Shown piece by piece: positions 1 to 10,065 of a DNA stretch of 64,000 nt. The DNA is from Candidatus Poribacteria bacterium (GTDB taxonomy: Bacteria > Poribacteria > WGA-4E > WGA-3G), in contig OZ242029.1 in the NCBI GenBank assembly GCA_965205015.1, forward strand, positions 2,912,001 to 2,976,000, read 5' to 3'. The position numbers and the translations under genes were made by a program. Each line of letters begins with the position of its first letter. The first letter of the stretch is position 1. The notes beneath the pieces were generated by a model. That model searched no databases, had not been told where the DNA came from, and saw nothing but the letters and a program-made list of their open reading frames with translations.

Positions 1-1035
1 TTTTACTATAATTTTATACCGTCACTCCTTGCGCTTGCTGGATTTTTTCTTTTCTGTGGGCTTGTGCTTCAGATACGCGGGCAAGATCCGCTGGAATTCT
101 ATAGTATTATCCTTGTGAGTGGATTCGCAAGTTTTGATGATTTCGGCTATGTTCTCTTCAATGCGACCCCACTTATATTTACAGGGCTCGCTGTCGCTAT
201 CGCCTACAAAAGCGGACTGTTTAATATCGGTTGCGAAGGGCAGCTCTATATCGCAGCGTTCGCCGCTGCATGGATAGGCATACATCTGAACCTCCCCCCT
301 TTTTTGCTGATCCCCTTCTGTATAGGTGGCGCAATGGTTGCCGGTGCTGGATGGGGTGCGATTCCAGGACTCTTAAAGGCGAGATACGGGGCGCATGAAG
401 TTATCAATACCATTATGATGAACTTCATCGCATTCGCCCTCATGAATTATCTTGTTACGTCCATCTACCAAGAACCCGGTCAGATGATTCCACAAACACA
501 ACAGATTCATGAAGCGGCACGGCTCCCGCGGTTGGCATCTTTCTTCCCCGTTCTTCCACAAAGTAATCCACTAAACGTGACTTTCTTGCTCGCTTGTGGG
601 TGTGCTGTATGTTGTTATATCTTCTTAACACACACGCGTTGGGGCTACGAACTTCGTTTGGTGGGGAACGCGCGAGATGCTGCAACTTACGGTGGGATAA
701 ATCCCGGCACTGTGACGATATGGGTGATGGCGTTGAGCGGTGCGATTGCGGGGTTAGCGGGTGTAACTGAGGTCATGGGATACCGTCACCGGTTTTTGGA
801 TAATTTCTCATCAGGATGGGGATTCACTGGAATCGCAGTTGCGCTTTTGGGCAGGAACAATCCTTTCGGTATCTTGGCTGCGGCTATCCTATTTGGAACA
901 CTGAACAAGGTCGCCTTAGATATCGAAATTTTGTTGGGAGTCCCGCGCGGTTTATTTCTCGCGGGTCAAGGCATGCTAATTATCTGGTTAGTTAGCATAG
1001 AAAGCATCTCGCGGAGAGGCACGAGAAAGTCCTAA
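1..1035 (+). CDS. ABC transporter permease (nucleoside/sugar, BPD_transp_2 type), 5'-truncated at window edge
   Basis: Frame is open from base 1 (FYYNFIPSLLAL...) into the 64..1035 ORF; motifs GLFNIGCEGQ, GAIPGLLKARYGAHEVINTIMMN, GFTGIAVALLGRNNP. Confidence 0.85.
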   Translation, partial: FYYNFIPSLLALAGFFLFCGLVLQIRGQDPLEFYSIILVSGFASFDDFGYVLFNATPLIFTGLAVAIAYKSGLFNIGCEGQLYIAAFAAAWIGIHLNLPPFLLIPFCIGGAMVAGAGWGAIPGLLKARYGAHEVINTIMMNFIAFALMNYLVTSIYQEPGQMIPQTQQIHEAARLPRLASFFPVLPQSNPLNVTFLLACGCAVCCYIFLTHTRWGYELRLVGNARDAATYGGINPGTVTIWVMALSGAIAGLAGVTEVMGYRHRFLDNFSSGWGFTGIAVALLGRNNPFGILAAAILFGTLNKVALDIEILLGVPRGLFLAGQGMLIIWLVSIESISRRGTRKS

Positions 1036-1070
1036 CTCCCCTAACTGAACCGCAAGGTAAATTTAAAAAA

Positions 1071-1919
1071 ATGATTTTTGAACTAATTCCGAGCACTTTG
1101 CGAATGGCGACACCCTTGGGATTCGCTGCACTCGGTGGAATTTATTCCGAGCGCGCCGGGATTATCAACCTCGCGCTTGAAGGTATGATGCTCATGGGAG
1201 CTTTCGGTTATGTTGTCGGAACACAAGTTTCAGGGTCAGTATGGATCGGACTGCTCGTGGGGACAGGCTTTGCGTTAGCATTGGCACTCCTACACGCTGT
1301 CGCAACGGTTACTTTTCACGCAGATCAGATTGTCACAGGTGTCGGTATCAACATCTTAGCGTTAGGAATTACAGAATACCTCTTACCGACGACTGAACAG
1401 GTAGGGGGTCTTCCACACTGGAAGTTGCCGTTTATCGGTTCGTACAGTTTCGTCGTCTATTTGCTGCCGGTGTTGATGGTGGCGAGCCATATCCTCCTGT
1501 TCAAAACCCCGTGGGGTTTGCGATTGCGCGCAGCGGGTGAATCAACAGAGGCACTCGCTGCACTCAGTTTGAGTCGGGCGAAATGGCAGTATATCGGGGT
1601 TATGCTAAGCGGTATCTTAGCAGGCATCGGTGGCTGTTTTTTGGCCGCTGAAGTACACTATTTCACAAAAGGGATGACAGCAGGACGTGGCTATCTCGCA
1701 CTCGCGGCTATCATCTTCGGAAATTGGCGTCCATTGAGCGGCATCGCAGCATGCTTCCTCTTTGGATTCGCCACCGCTTTAGAACTCGCGAACCGATGGA
1801 ACATTCCCGTCCAATTGCTAAACAGTTTACCCTATATTTTAACGATGATTGTCCTTGCGGGGTTGGTTGGGACATCACGCCCACCTGCGAGTTTGGGGCA
1901 GATGAAATCGCAAGAATAG
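1071..1919 (+). CDS. ABC transporter permease, second subunit
   Basis: Motifs SERAGIINLALEGMML, TPWGLRLRAAGE, GRGYLALAAIIFGNWRP; very hydrophobic. Confidence 0.85.
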   Translation: MIFELIPSTLRMATPLGFAALGGIYSERAGIINLALEGMMLMGAFGYVVGTQVSGSVWIGLLVGTGFALALALLHAVATVTFHADQIVTGVGINILALGITEYLLPTTEQVGGLPHWKLPFIGSYSFVVYLLPVLMVASHILLFKTPWGLRLRAAGESTEALAALSLSRAKWQYIGVMLSGILAGIGGCFLAAEVHYFTKGMTAGRGYLALAAIIFGNWRPLSGIAACFLFGFATALELANRWNIPVQLLNSLPYILTMIVLAGLVGTSRPPASLGQMKSQE

Positions 1920-2036
1920 CCGTCAGCCATCAGGAGGAGATTGGAAGGATGGAAGAACGGAAGGATGGGCTCCCAACCTTCCAGTTTTCCAATCTTCCCT
2001 CCACAGGCTAAAGGTTGCTGAGAGCCGATAGCATTC
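1916..2036. repeat. Palindromic short-repeat element between convergent genes (probable bidirectional terminator)
   Basis: GGAAG-type repeats (ttggaaggatggaagaacggaaggatggg) face their inverse (cccaaccttccagttttccaatcttcc); flanked by heptamer arms atagccgtcagccatcag ... ctgagagccgatagcat. Confidence 0.5.
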
Positions 2037-4394
2037 TTAGGTCTCGTCCCCTTCATCCACAAGCCCGTGATAGTTACCGTGCTGACTGTAATAACCGTAA
2101 GATTTGGCGTGCTTCGGATTGATCATGTTGCAAAGTACACCGATGCCTTTCATCGGGAAGGCTTCTGTCAAATGCCGGACGCCGGTAAGCATATCAAAGC
2201 GTCGGGTCTTCGTGATGTCAAACACGTAGACAATAGCATCAACGATGTTTGCCAAAATCATCGGATCGGCGACGGCACGAACCGGTGGTGAGTCGATCAC
2301 AATCACATCATACTCCGATTTTGTAAGCTCCAGCCAATCCGTCATCATTTCCGAGTTGAGCAGCTCAATTGGATTTGGTGGCACTGTACCACTCGGCACA
2401 AGATGCAGATTAGGAATGTCGGTCTGCTTGATCGTTGTGTGGAGGATGTCGTCCCCATTTTCTGAGTTTAAATGGATAAGGGCTTCACTTAATCCGGGTT
2501 TACGGGCATCAACGCGCGCGATAGGGAACTCAGCGTCAGATGCCTCCGTTACGTCTTCCGCCCGAGGGAGTTGTTCTCTCGGAAAAGTATTGTGTTGAGA
2601 GGGGCGGCGCATGTCCGCATCAATTAATAAAACTTTATTTCCCCTTTGTGCAAGCGCGACGGCAAGATTCGAGGAGATCGTACTTTTCCCTTCGCCCCGA
2701 GTCGCACTCGTAACCAGGATTGTTCTCACGGGTGCGCCTGGGTTCAGAAACGGTAGTTTCGCTTGTAGAACACGAAACGCCTCAGCCGACCTTGATTGCG
2801 GTGCATCGTGAACAATTAGCGGAAGTCGGTACGTATGACGCTTTTTGATAGATGGAAGTACCCCAAGGAAACTTGGCGATTCGGGCAGGGCATCCAATTG
2901 ACGGACTGCATCTTCCAGACGGAGATATGTATCGTCAAAGTAATTTTTCGCGACAGCGTAAGTGAAGCCGAGTAGCATACCTGCGATAGCCCCCAAGGCG
3001 AGATTCAGTTTGAGGCGAGGCTTCAACGGTTCTTCGGGTGCCCGTGCCAAATCTAAAGTTTTGATACTCTCCGTGCGAGCCTGTGCGAAAATTTCCGCCT
3101 CCCGTAACTTCGTTTCTAAAGCCGCTGCTTGTGTGGTATAAATTTCAATGTCCCGCTTGAGTCGGTAAAACTGCAATTGTGTTGGGGACCAGCTCCCCAA
3201 TTTCTCGAGGTGTGCAGCGATCTTGGCAGCGACCTCGTCCTTCTGTTTCTTAAGGCTGATAATGGCTGCCTCCGCCTCATTCACCTTCTCTGTGAGTGCT
3301 TGATGGAGCGGATTGTAAGTAGAAGTTGTACTTTTTATGTCTTTTTCTTCTGCATCAAGTCGAGTTCTCGTCTCTTTAATTTTTTGGTCAATCGCAGTCA
3401 CTTCAGGATGCGTTTCATCATATTTGCCGAGCAGCTCCGCTCTGTCAATTTCATATTGGTGTAAACTATCTTGCAGCTTGGAATGTGAAGGATTCCGCGC
3501 GATTGTTTCCGAGATGAGATCTTCTGATAAGTTTTCCAGTTCCGCTTGATAAGTCCCCAGTCTAAATTCGGCACTTACCAAGAGATCTATCAATTCATTT
3601 TCTTTCACTTGAAGTGCCAAGATTATCTGCGCCTGCGTTCCGCCCTCTGCGTTCAAGGTAATCTCTGGGTACTCTTGCTGAAATTCAAAGAACGCCTCTT
3701 CAGCCTTTGTGAGGCTATCCTTGGTCTGATTCAGCATTGACTGCGGCAGCGGTTTCTCCCACCACTGCATTCTGTCAACGGCTTCCGCTTCGACGACCGC
3801 CTGAAATACAGCTGCAATCCTATTGGCTATATTCTCTGCCCGTTCGGGGGTCCGTTGTGTCACGGTAACAGTAATTACACTTCCGTCGGGTGTTTCTTCA
3901 ATCTGTAACTGCTCGTCAATGAGGGTTTTGATGAAGAAGTCCTCCCACTCCGTGAGGGTGAGTTCCCCCTGTTCCGTCGCATCCTGAGCAAGTGTAATAT
4001 TCAACACATCCGCGAGCCATACGACGACTTGCCCGCGATGAACCGGCAATGGATCCAGGAGTCCCTCCTCTCTGAGTTGGCGGATAGCCGGAGCAATCAC
4101 GAAGTCCCGCGATTGTATTTGGGCGGCGTAAGCCCCCAAAGATGGACCGCTTACTAACCCAGATATAGGCAATTGTGAAAGTAGAGAAGAGGTGGGTTGA
4201 CCGTCTAAGACGCGAAGCGTTGTTTCAGATTGATAAACCGGCGGCGTGAGGTCGGTTATGAGAAACGCCGCAAAAACAGAGAGCAAAAAAATGAGAAGGA
4301 CACTCCATTTATGCCGAAAAAGGATCCAAAAATAGTCTGATATTCGAATTTCTCTGACTTCTTCAAAGTGCCTGTGATCGGTTGTTTCTGGCAT
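2037..4394 (-). CDS. wzc: Wzc/GumC-type polysaccharide chain-length regulator with tyrosine autokinase domain
   Basis: N-terminal TM plus TPPVYQSETTL Wzz motif, coiled coil, second TM, Walker A SATRGEGKST, LLIDADMRRP, VIVIDSPP, C-terminal Tyr cluster SYGYYS; start moved to MPETTDH (4394). Confidence 0.9.
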   Translation of the reverse strand: MPETTDHRHFEEVREIRISDYFWILFRHKWSVLLIFLLSVFAAFLITDLTPPVYQSETTLRVLDGQPTSSLLSQLPISGLVSGPSLGAYAAQIQSRDFVIAPAIRQLREEGLLDPLPVHRGQVVVWLADVLNITLAQDATEQGELTLTEWEDFFIKTLIDEQLQIEETPDGSVITVTVTQRTPERAENIANRIAAVFQAVVEAEAVDRMQWWEKPLPQSMLNQTKDSLTKAEEAFFEFQQEYPEITLNAEGGTQAQIILALQVKENELIDLLVSAEFRLGTYQAELENLSEDLISETIARNPSHSKLQDSLHQYEIDRAELLGKYDETHPEVTAIDQKIKETRTRLDAEEKDIKSTTSTYNPLHQALTEKVNEAEAAIISLKKQKDEVAAKIAAHLEKLGSWSPTQLQFYRLKRDIEIYTTQAAALETKLREAEIFAQARTESIKTLDLARAPEEPLKPRLKLNLALGAIAGMLLGFTYAVAKNYFDDTYLRLEDAVRQLDALPESPSFLGVLPSIKKRHTYRLPLIVHDAPQSRSAEAFRVLQAKLPFLNPGAPVRTILVTSATRGEGKSTISSNLAVALAQRGNKVLLIDADMRRPSQHNTFPREQLPRAEDVTEASDAEFPIARVDARKPGLSEALIHLNSENGDDILHTTIKQTDIPNLHLVPSGTVPPNPIELLNSEMMTDWLELTKSEYDVIVIDSPPVRAVADPMILANIVDAIVYVFDITKTRRFDMLTGVRHLTEAFPMKGIGVLCNMINPKHAKSYGYYSQHGNYHGLVDEGDET

Positions 4395-4405
4395 CTCTAA
4401 CCTCT

Positions 4406-5743
4406 TTAATTGTACCTGAGCAGGACTGTGACAAGCAAGTTCACAAAAGATGTTGCGAAGGTGATGACGCGCCAATCTAAACGGGTTCTTTCACGGACTC
4501 TGAGTTGATCCTTCGGGTTCAAGTAAACCTCCGAGTGCCTCTGATTGAAGTCCAGTTCTTCCTCTGTCCCATCTGCCCGCGTAAGTAAGCATTTTTTCGG
4601 ATTCGCTCTTTCTTCGTTGAACCCGCCTGCCATTGCAATGGCTTGACCGAGCAGGATTGGTTCCGTAATCACATATTGGCCGGGTTTCTCAACGGCCCCT
4701 GTAACGCTAATTTTCGCTTCCGCTAACGGGACATACAATGTATCTCCGGGTCCCATCATCACCTCAACATTCTCTGCGGCGAGATCGATTAAAATGCGTT
4801 CTTTACTGGTGATGATTTCCGATTTGTGTACGTTCGCGAAATCAGTCCTGGATCCTCCCGCGATTTTCAATACCTGACTCGCTGGCACCTGCGATGCCGT
4901 TATAGGATAAACCCCTGGGGCTACCACGGCACCTATGACGCGTACAGGGCGTTGCTGAAAGACCGACGGAATGAAGATAGTGTCATGGTCCTTCAAAGGA
5001 ATATCGGGCCCCCCCGCACTGAGGAGCCGAAGGTAATCAATTTTCTTATAGAGTTTTCCATCCCGCCAGATGGAAATGTCCGTAAGATCCGCAGCTTCAT
5101 AGTTGATTCCAGCAGATGCGAGGGCTTGCAGGAGATATACCTGCCCGACTTCAAAGACATGGAGGTTCCCCCGGGCGCGAAGTTGGACTGCTCCGAATAC
5201 GAGAATGTTTCGCTTCGGTTTCATGAGCGTTACGAACACGCGAGCCGTTGGAAGGTGCTTAGAGAAAGCGGACTGCATCTGCGCTTCGAGTTCAGAAACT
5301 GTGAGATTCACTGCCTTGATAAGTCCGATCAGTGGATAGGAGACATAACCGTCTTGTTGAACCGGAACTGGAACGCGCTCTTTGCTATATTCAGGATAGC
5401 CGTCCACGGTGACAACAAAACTGTCACCCACTTGCAATTTATATGTAGATAATTCCGACTGTGATTCTTGTGATTTAGACTGTGATTCTTGTGATTTGGA
5501 CTGTGATTCTTGTGATTTGGACTGTGATTCTTGTGATTTAGACTGTGGATCTTTTGGTGCAACCGCCGGGTTTCCGATGGTCGGATTTTCGGTGGGGGCA
5601 TCCGCGGCGGCAATGAGTCCGGAAAGGCTCAGTTGTAACACACTCAGCAAAAACAGTATAAATCTAAAAGAAAATTTTGGGCTGCTCATACATTTGGCGC
5701 ATCCGCCACCAAAAAACTGATTTCGTAAAACAGATGTGTTCAT
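4406..5743 (-). CDS. wza: Wza-like polysaccharide export protein with SLBB domains
   Basis: Poly_export motif YKLQVGD...VQQDGYVSYPLIG..A.NLTVSEL; three SLBB-like units (V.GAV.PG.Y); signal peptide; start at 5743 or 5689 because the upstream part of the track ORF is a translated repeat. Confidence 0.8.
   Translation of the reverse strand: MNTSVLRNQFFGGGCAKCMSSPKFSFRFILFLLSVLQLSLSGLIAAADAPTENPTIGNPAVAPKDPQSKSQESQSKSQESQSKSQESQSKSQESQSELSTYKLQVGDSFVVTVDGYPEYSKERVPVPVQQDGYVSYPLIGLIKAVNLTVSELEAQMQSAFSKHLPTARVFVTLMKPKRNILVFGAVQLRARGNLHVFEVGQVYLLQALASAGINYEAADLTDISIWRDGKLYKKIDYLRLLSAGGPDIPLKDHDTIFIPSVFQQRPVRVIGAVVAPGVYPITASQVPASQVLKIAGGSRTDFANVHKSEIITSKERILIDLAAENVEVMMGPGDTLYVPLAEAKISVTGAVEKPGQYVITEPILLGQAIAMAGGFNEERANPKKCLLTRADGTEEELDFNQRHSEVYLNPKDQLRVRERTRLDWRVITFATSFVNLLVTVLLRYN
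5457..5547. repeat. 21-bp in-frame tandem repeat, about 4.3 copies, encoding (SQSKSQE)n in the Wza N-terminal linker
   Basis: Unit gactgtgattcttgtgattt[a/g] repeated four times plus a partial copy. Confidence 0.95.
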
Positions 5744-5746
5744 GAA

Positions 5747-5840
5747 ATTTTTTAATTTTTCCTTGCGGTTCGTTGCGGTTCGTTGCAGGCTTGACGTGCC
5801 TCTCCGTGGAGTCGCCTGCTCTGTTGTTGCAGGCTGCGGC
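5747..5840 (-). repeat. Dispersed repeat family A copy (ends ccgcaaggWaaawtaaaa)
   Basis: Aligns by eye with 28867-28955, 42631-42720 and the reverse complement of 25725-25814. Confidence 0.8.
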
Positions 5841-5902
5841 TCGGTATTAATTTCTATATCGTTGAATATTCTAACAGACATTCACGCAAAAGACAAGGGA
5901 AA

Positions 5903-6463
5903 TCATAGGTTATTCGCAATACGAATTTCTTCGTTACTAAAGGCTTCGTCATGCCATTCAGCGATACGCCATTCATTGTTTCTCTTTTCAAAGATAAAAA
6001 GGTTGTCCCCTTCGGCGTACACACCGCTAAATCCACCCTCAAGCGAGTGTCCATCGGAGATAAAGAGTTGGATTCTATAGTGATTCCTGACTTCCGCCTG
6101 ATTACCATCCTCATTCATCGTAATTTCTGGTGGGACAGAGAGTTCTATCTCAATATCCTGAAACTTCTCAAAAACACGAGTGGCAGCGTCTCGTTCCTGT
6201 CGAATGTCATCGAACTCCAAATCGTCTGTTTTATCTCCATCTGTCCCCCAATCGGAAACATAGAGGAAACCCTCTTCCCAAAAAGTATTGATATAAGCGT
6301 TGACATCCTCCGTTTCATACCCTTGCCGCCATCGATCTAAGACTTTATTGATTTGAAGCATTTCTTCCGGCGGCACCTGCCCGACCTTGTCAGCGTCCCC
6401 ACACCCCATAAAACCTATGAGTAAGATAAGGACGCCGGTGACTTTCGCAAAAACTCTGAACAT
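5903..6463 (-). CDS. Lipoprotein with NTF2/SnoaL-like domain
   Basis: Lipobox FMGC; helix INKVLDRWRQGYETEDV..Y, C-terminal FIFEKRNNEWRIAEW typical of NTF2-like folds. Confidence 0.6.
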   Translation of the reverse strand: MFRVFAKVTGVLILLIGFMGCGDADKVGQVPPEEMLQINKVLDRWRQGYETEDVNAYINTFWEEGFLYVSDWGTDGDKTDDLEFDDIRQERDAATRVFEKFQDIEIELSVPPEITMNEDGNQAEVRNHYRIQLFISDGHSLEGGFSGVYAEGDNLFIFEKRNNEWRIAEWHDEAFSNEEIRIANNL

Positions 6464-6607
6464 AATAATTAAGTATCCTCTTTATTATTTTAACCGAGGT
6501 TTGGACAATTTGAATGATATTCCTGCTGGCTTTTACTGACTCCATGTTCCACTTTAGTTGCAAGCCGATTGGGTCTCCTTCAAAAAATTTTGTTGATTGT
6601 TATCGGT

Positions 6608-6733
6608 CAGGACTTACGCAATCTTGACCATAGGACGCGCTGTTAGAGGGAGAACCCTAAAAAACACAGATGTTCTCGTGGAAAACCCAACCTAACAGAT
6701 TATGCTACAAAAGAGCATCATGCATAAATCCTG
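6608..6733. mobile_element. MITE-like element with CAGGACTTACGCA-type terminal inverted repeats
   Basis: caggacttacgca ... tgcataaatcctg (imperfect inverse); same terminus as the element at 50008-50098. Confidence 0.5.
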
Positions 6734-7237
6734 TGGGTGTTATGTTTCTTGTAAAACGTTTCTCTTGGGGAAAGCGCGCAACTGTAGATGTAAATTTCAC
6801 AGTAAGCATTTCAGAGATGGTCCTTGTTACCCTCGCAGAACCCAGTTGTTATATAGGTTTAGAGCCGTTTAGGAGAGATTTCATTTTTTGGGGTTTACTG
6901 TGAAACTATAAAATTGTGAAGTTTGAGTTAACATTGAAAGAATCCAGGCACAGTATGGGTTTATCGCCTGTTTGAAGTGTCAACAGATTTTAGGTTTACT
7001 GTGAAACTATCTATATGTTGAAATGTCTATAACGGAATGTGTAATATTTCTCAAGGTTTGAACGGTTGGGCTATCGGTAGTGGATTGTCAGAAATAGGAT
7101 TATCGGACTTAGATGTTTACGCGTCAGAATGAGGATTTTCAAGATTAGCAGATGGAAAGGATCATAAACGTTTCCTGGTTAAATCAGGTCTTTTACGCGG
7201 ATTATTGTGCTTTGCTCTTACATTTAGGAGGCTTTTC

Positions 7238-10051
7238 CTACTCCTCTTCAAATTCCTGTGTGGTGAACCGCAGCGTTCGACAATTCTCTGTCACAATACG
7301 AACAATGTCATCAGGAACGCCATCTGAAACGTTGGCTTCAATATCCATCGTTATTTTAACATTTGCCCTCGGTAGACCGGTAAGGTGCTGGACGACTTCC
7401 TCTATAACCCGTTGTGCGGCAGGTCCTGTCCGTATTGTATCCAAGTCGACAGTGCCGTAGAAGCGTTTGGGTTTCGCTGTTTGTAGAGGCGCAGTGCCAG
7501 TCCCCGCGCCTTCTGTTTCTCCTCCGGATGTACCATAAGGCGATCCCTCCTCTTTCCCATCAAAATCCGGCTGCGGAGGTTGTGGAGGCTCTCCTTCTGT
7601 TTGTTCTGCTGCATCCGCTTCAAGCTGCTTTGCTGCTATATCAGGTTTTACCAACACGCTTGGTTTTTCAAGATAGATTGAACCGCTGGCACTGCCGAAT
7701 TGCAACCCGTTATACCGTCCTGTGTCGTCAACGCTGTTTGCGTATCCGAACGCCTTTGTTTTAATCCCTGCCTGAATTGTAGCGAGCAACACATCGGAAT
7801 CACGGAGGCGCGACAGATACAGATAAGTCGCGAGGCACTCCCACACGCGCTTGAGACTGATATGTGATTCCTCTTTCCAGAGCCAATTGTCCAGTTCCAT
7901 CTTTAACAGGATAGGCGACCATTTAGGGATAAGCTGCGCATCATCCCGGACTTTCGCAACGGCTTTTGCAACAGCAGTTTCCTGTGAACCGGGAATGCGT
8001 GTTTCTTCCCACACGATCGGGTCTGTTCCTTCTTGTGTTGGGACGAGGAGCCAAGAATACGCTTCGTTGAGTCGTATTCCGACAGTGTCATTGCTCTGCT
8101 CTTTACCACGCGTGGCTTCGCGCCGCTGGTTGGCGTCAAGGTTCAATGCTTCAACTTCTTGGACGATTGAGTCCCATGCGAGATAACGACGGGTTTCGCG
8201 TTCAAGGGAATCCCATTCTCCAGTGTCAGATGCGACGAAGATCAGCATATTGCGATAGGTTCTTGGGATGTCTCCCCGTTTTTCTAAAATCTCCGATACG
8301 GTTATAAGTGCCTCTGAATGTTGTGTTCTCGCTTGATGTCCGGCTATAGGTGGAACGATTACCAATCGCGCTGTCGATTCATCTGGGACATCTGCTGACG
8401 AAGGACACGCGTGGATGGCTTTAAAATCCCCACGCCTTTGGGTTTGTTGGCGCAATCGGCGGACAACCTCCGTCTCTACGACCTCTATTTCTAACTTAGC
8501 AGCACGGTCTTCCATTGTTCTACGGAGATTCGGATGCGTGTCATACCAATAGCGTTGGGCGCGGGTGTAAAGGTGCGTCAGTCGATCCGTCAAACGTTTG
8601 GTTGCATCATTGAACACTGAGACGTGCTCATCGGGCTGCGCGACACCGAGGCGAATTCGCATTTCTTCAAGACCGCGCACTGCTTGCCCACTCCCATGGG
8701 GCGCGCTCCCCATGAAGATTGTGCGTGCCACCCGTCGCGCCGCAGATATTTCACCAAAGCGTGTGTTCCCTTCGTCAATCGCGCGTGGCTCGGAACGGTC
8801 GCCATCCACGTCTTTATCCACAACGGCGTTCCAATTCTCCGGTAGGTAGCGAAGGAGTTCCTCTCGCACACGTGGTGAATCGAGTGGGATAGATCCGGGG
8901 AGAATGAGTGGAGAGCGATCTTCGTTTATCCATAGGTGATGGATAACGGCTGCCATTAAGCGCAGCACACCACGGGTTTTCTGGAAGCTCTCAAGGGGTG
9001 ACCAGTCGTCATAGAGTCTGTCGAACAGTTCAGGGTGGATCGGATACGCCCGCCGGAGCCGATCGAGATACGGGGCATCACGACATTCAACGGGAAAGTC
9101 TGAAGGATTTTCGTCGTATAATTGCGTGAACGCTCGGCAGACTGCATCATGAGTGGTTTTATCTTTGACGGGCGAGAACAACCGTCGCCGTACGATTTCA
9201 AATCCTTCATCTGCATCGACAGGTCTCCAGATACCTTCAAGCCTACCGATAGTGTGCTGAATGCGTTCCAACGCCGCTTTCCCTGCTTCACCGCCGATCT
9301 CGATGTCGGATTCCGGAATTGAAGCGACAAGTTGACTCCGTTCTGCAGTTTTGACTGCTTCCGTCAAGGACTGCACAAAGGTGAGGTTAGCGTCAAATGA
9401 ACCGGCGGGTAAGCCGTTGACACCGTATATGTTGCGGGTATATGCAACTAATTCGTCTATAAGGATGATCGCTGGACCAAATTCGTTGAGGAGCGTAGTG
9501 AGGTCGTTCGCACCTGGGGCAACGCTCTTTTTATCAGCGGTTTTTACGATTTCATATCCGTCTTGTCCACCGAGTTGTGCCGCAATGTTGCCCCAAAGCG
9601 TTCGGGTTTTTATCCCTTTTACTTCTTGCGTGCGAGATGGATTCAGGTCTGCTCCGACGATGACTGCGATACGGGCAACTGGGAGTTCGCTCACTTGTGC
9701 TTCGTGGAGAATAGCGTCTGCCCCTTCCATTTGCTCCGGACTTGCTTTCCCACTAAAGAGGTGATACAATGCCAGCATGCTGTGCGTTTTTCCACCACCG
9801 AATGCGGTTTTTAGTTGCACAATCGGTTCCCCGTTTTTTCCTGTTACCTGCTTAACAGCAGTCGCGAGAAGCCGTCGCATGCCTTCTGTGAGATAGGTTC
9901 GGGCGAAAAATTCTATTGGATCTTGATATTCCGCATCTGCTGTGCCGGCGATAACTTCACCGAGGTTGGCGGCGAATTCCGCTTGGTGATAACGTCCCGT
10001 CGCAATGTCAGGATGTGGAGTGACAACCTCTCTCCACGGGTTCAATGCCAT
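7238..10051 (-). CDS. DUF499 AAA+ ATPase of a DUF499/DUF1156/SNF2 restriction-like system
   Basis: PWREVVTPHPDI, FAANL, Walker A TAFGGGKTHSMLALYH, Walker B IILIDEL, YPIHPELF, FQKTRGVLRL. Confidence 0.9.
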   Translation of the reverse strand: MALNPWREVVTPHPDIATGRYHQAEFAANLGEVIAGTADAEYQDPIEFFARTYLTEGMRRLLATAVKQVTGKNGEPIVQLKTAFGGGKTHSMLALYHLFSGKASPEQMEGADAILHEAQVSELPVARIAVIVGADLNPSRTQEVKGIKTRTLWGNIAAQLGGQDGYEIVKTADKKSVAPGANDLTTLLNEFGPAIILIDELVAYTRNIYGVNGLPAGSFDANLTFVQSLTEAVKTAERSQLVASIPESDIEIGGEAGKAALERIQHTIGRLEGIWRPVDADEGFEIVRRRLFSPVKDKTTHDAVCRAFTQLYDENPSDFPVECRDAPYLDRLRRAYPIHPELFDRLYDDWSPLESFQKTRGVLRLMAAVIHHLWINEDRSPLILPGSIPLDSPRVREELLRYLPENWNAVVDKDVDGDRSEPRAIDEGNTRFGEISAARRVARTIFMGSAPHGSGQAVRGLEEMRIRLGVAQPDEHVSVFNDATKRLTDRLTHLYTRAQRYWYDTHPNLRRTMEDRAAKLEIEVVETEVVRRLRQQTQRRGDFKAIHACPSSADVPDESTARLVIVPPIAGHQARTQHSEALITVSEILEKRGDIPRTYRNMLIFVASDTGEWDSLERETRRYLAWDSIVQEVEALNLDANQRREATRGKEQSNDTVGIRLNEAYSWLLVPTQEGTDPIVWEETRIPGSQETAVAKAVAKVRDDAQLIPKWSPILLKMELDNWLWKEESHISLKRVWECLATYLYLSRLRDSDVLLATIQAGIKTKAFGYANSVDDTGRYNGLQFGSASGSIYLEKPSVLVKPDIAAKQLEADAAEQTEGEPPQPPQPDFDGKEEGSPYGTSGGETEGAGTGTAPLQTAKPKRFYGTVDLDTIRTGPAAQRVIEEVVQHLTGLPRANVKITMDIEANVSDGVPDDIVRIVTENCRTLRFTTQEFEEE

Positions 10052-10065
10052 TTTTTTCCTCTCTT

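Noticed and set aside
5457-5547. Possible CRISPR array
   Set aside because: Units are contiguous with no unique spacers and are in frame within wza; no cas genes in the window
5744-5881. N-terminal extension of the Wza ORF in the track (MSVRIFND...)
   Set aside because: It is the translation of dispersed repeat family A; the signal peptide lies downstream
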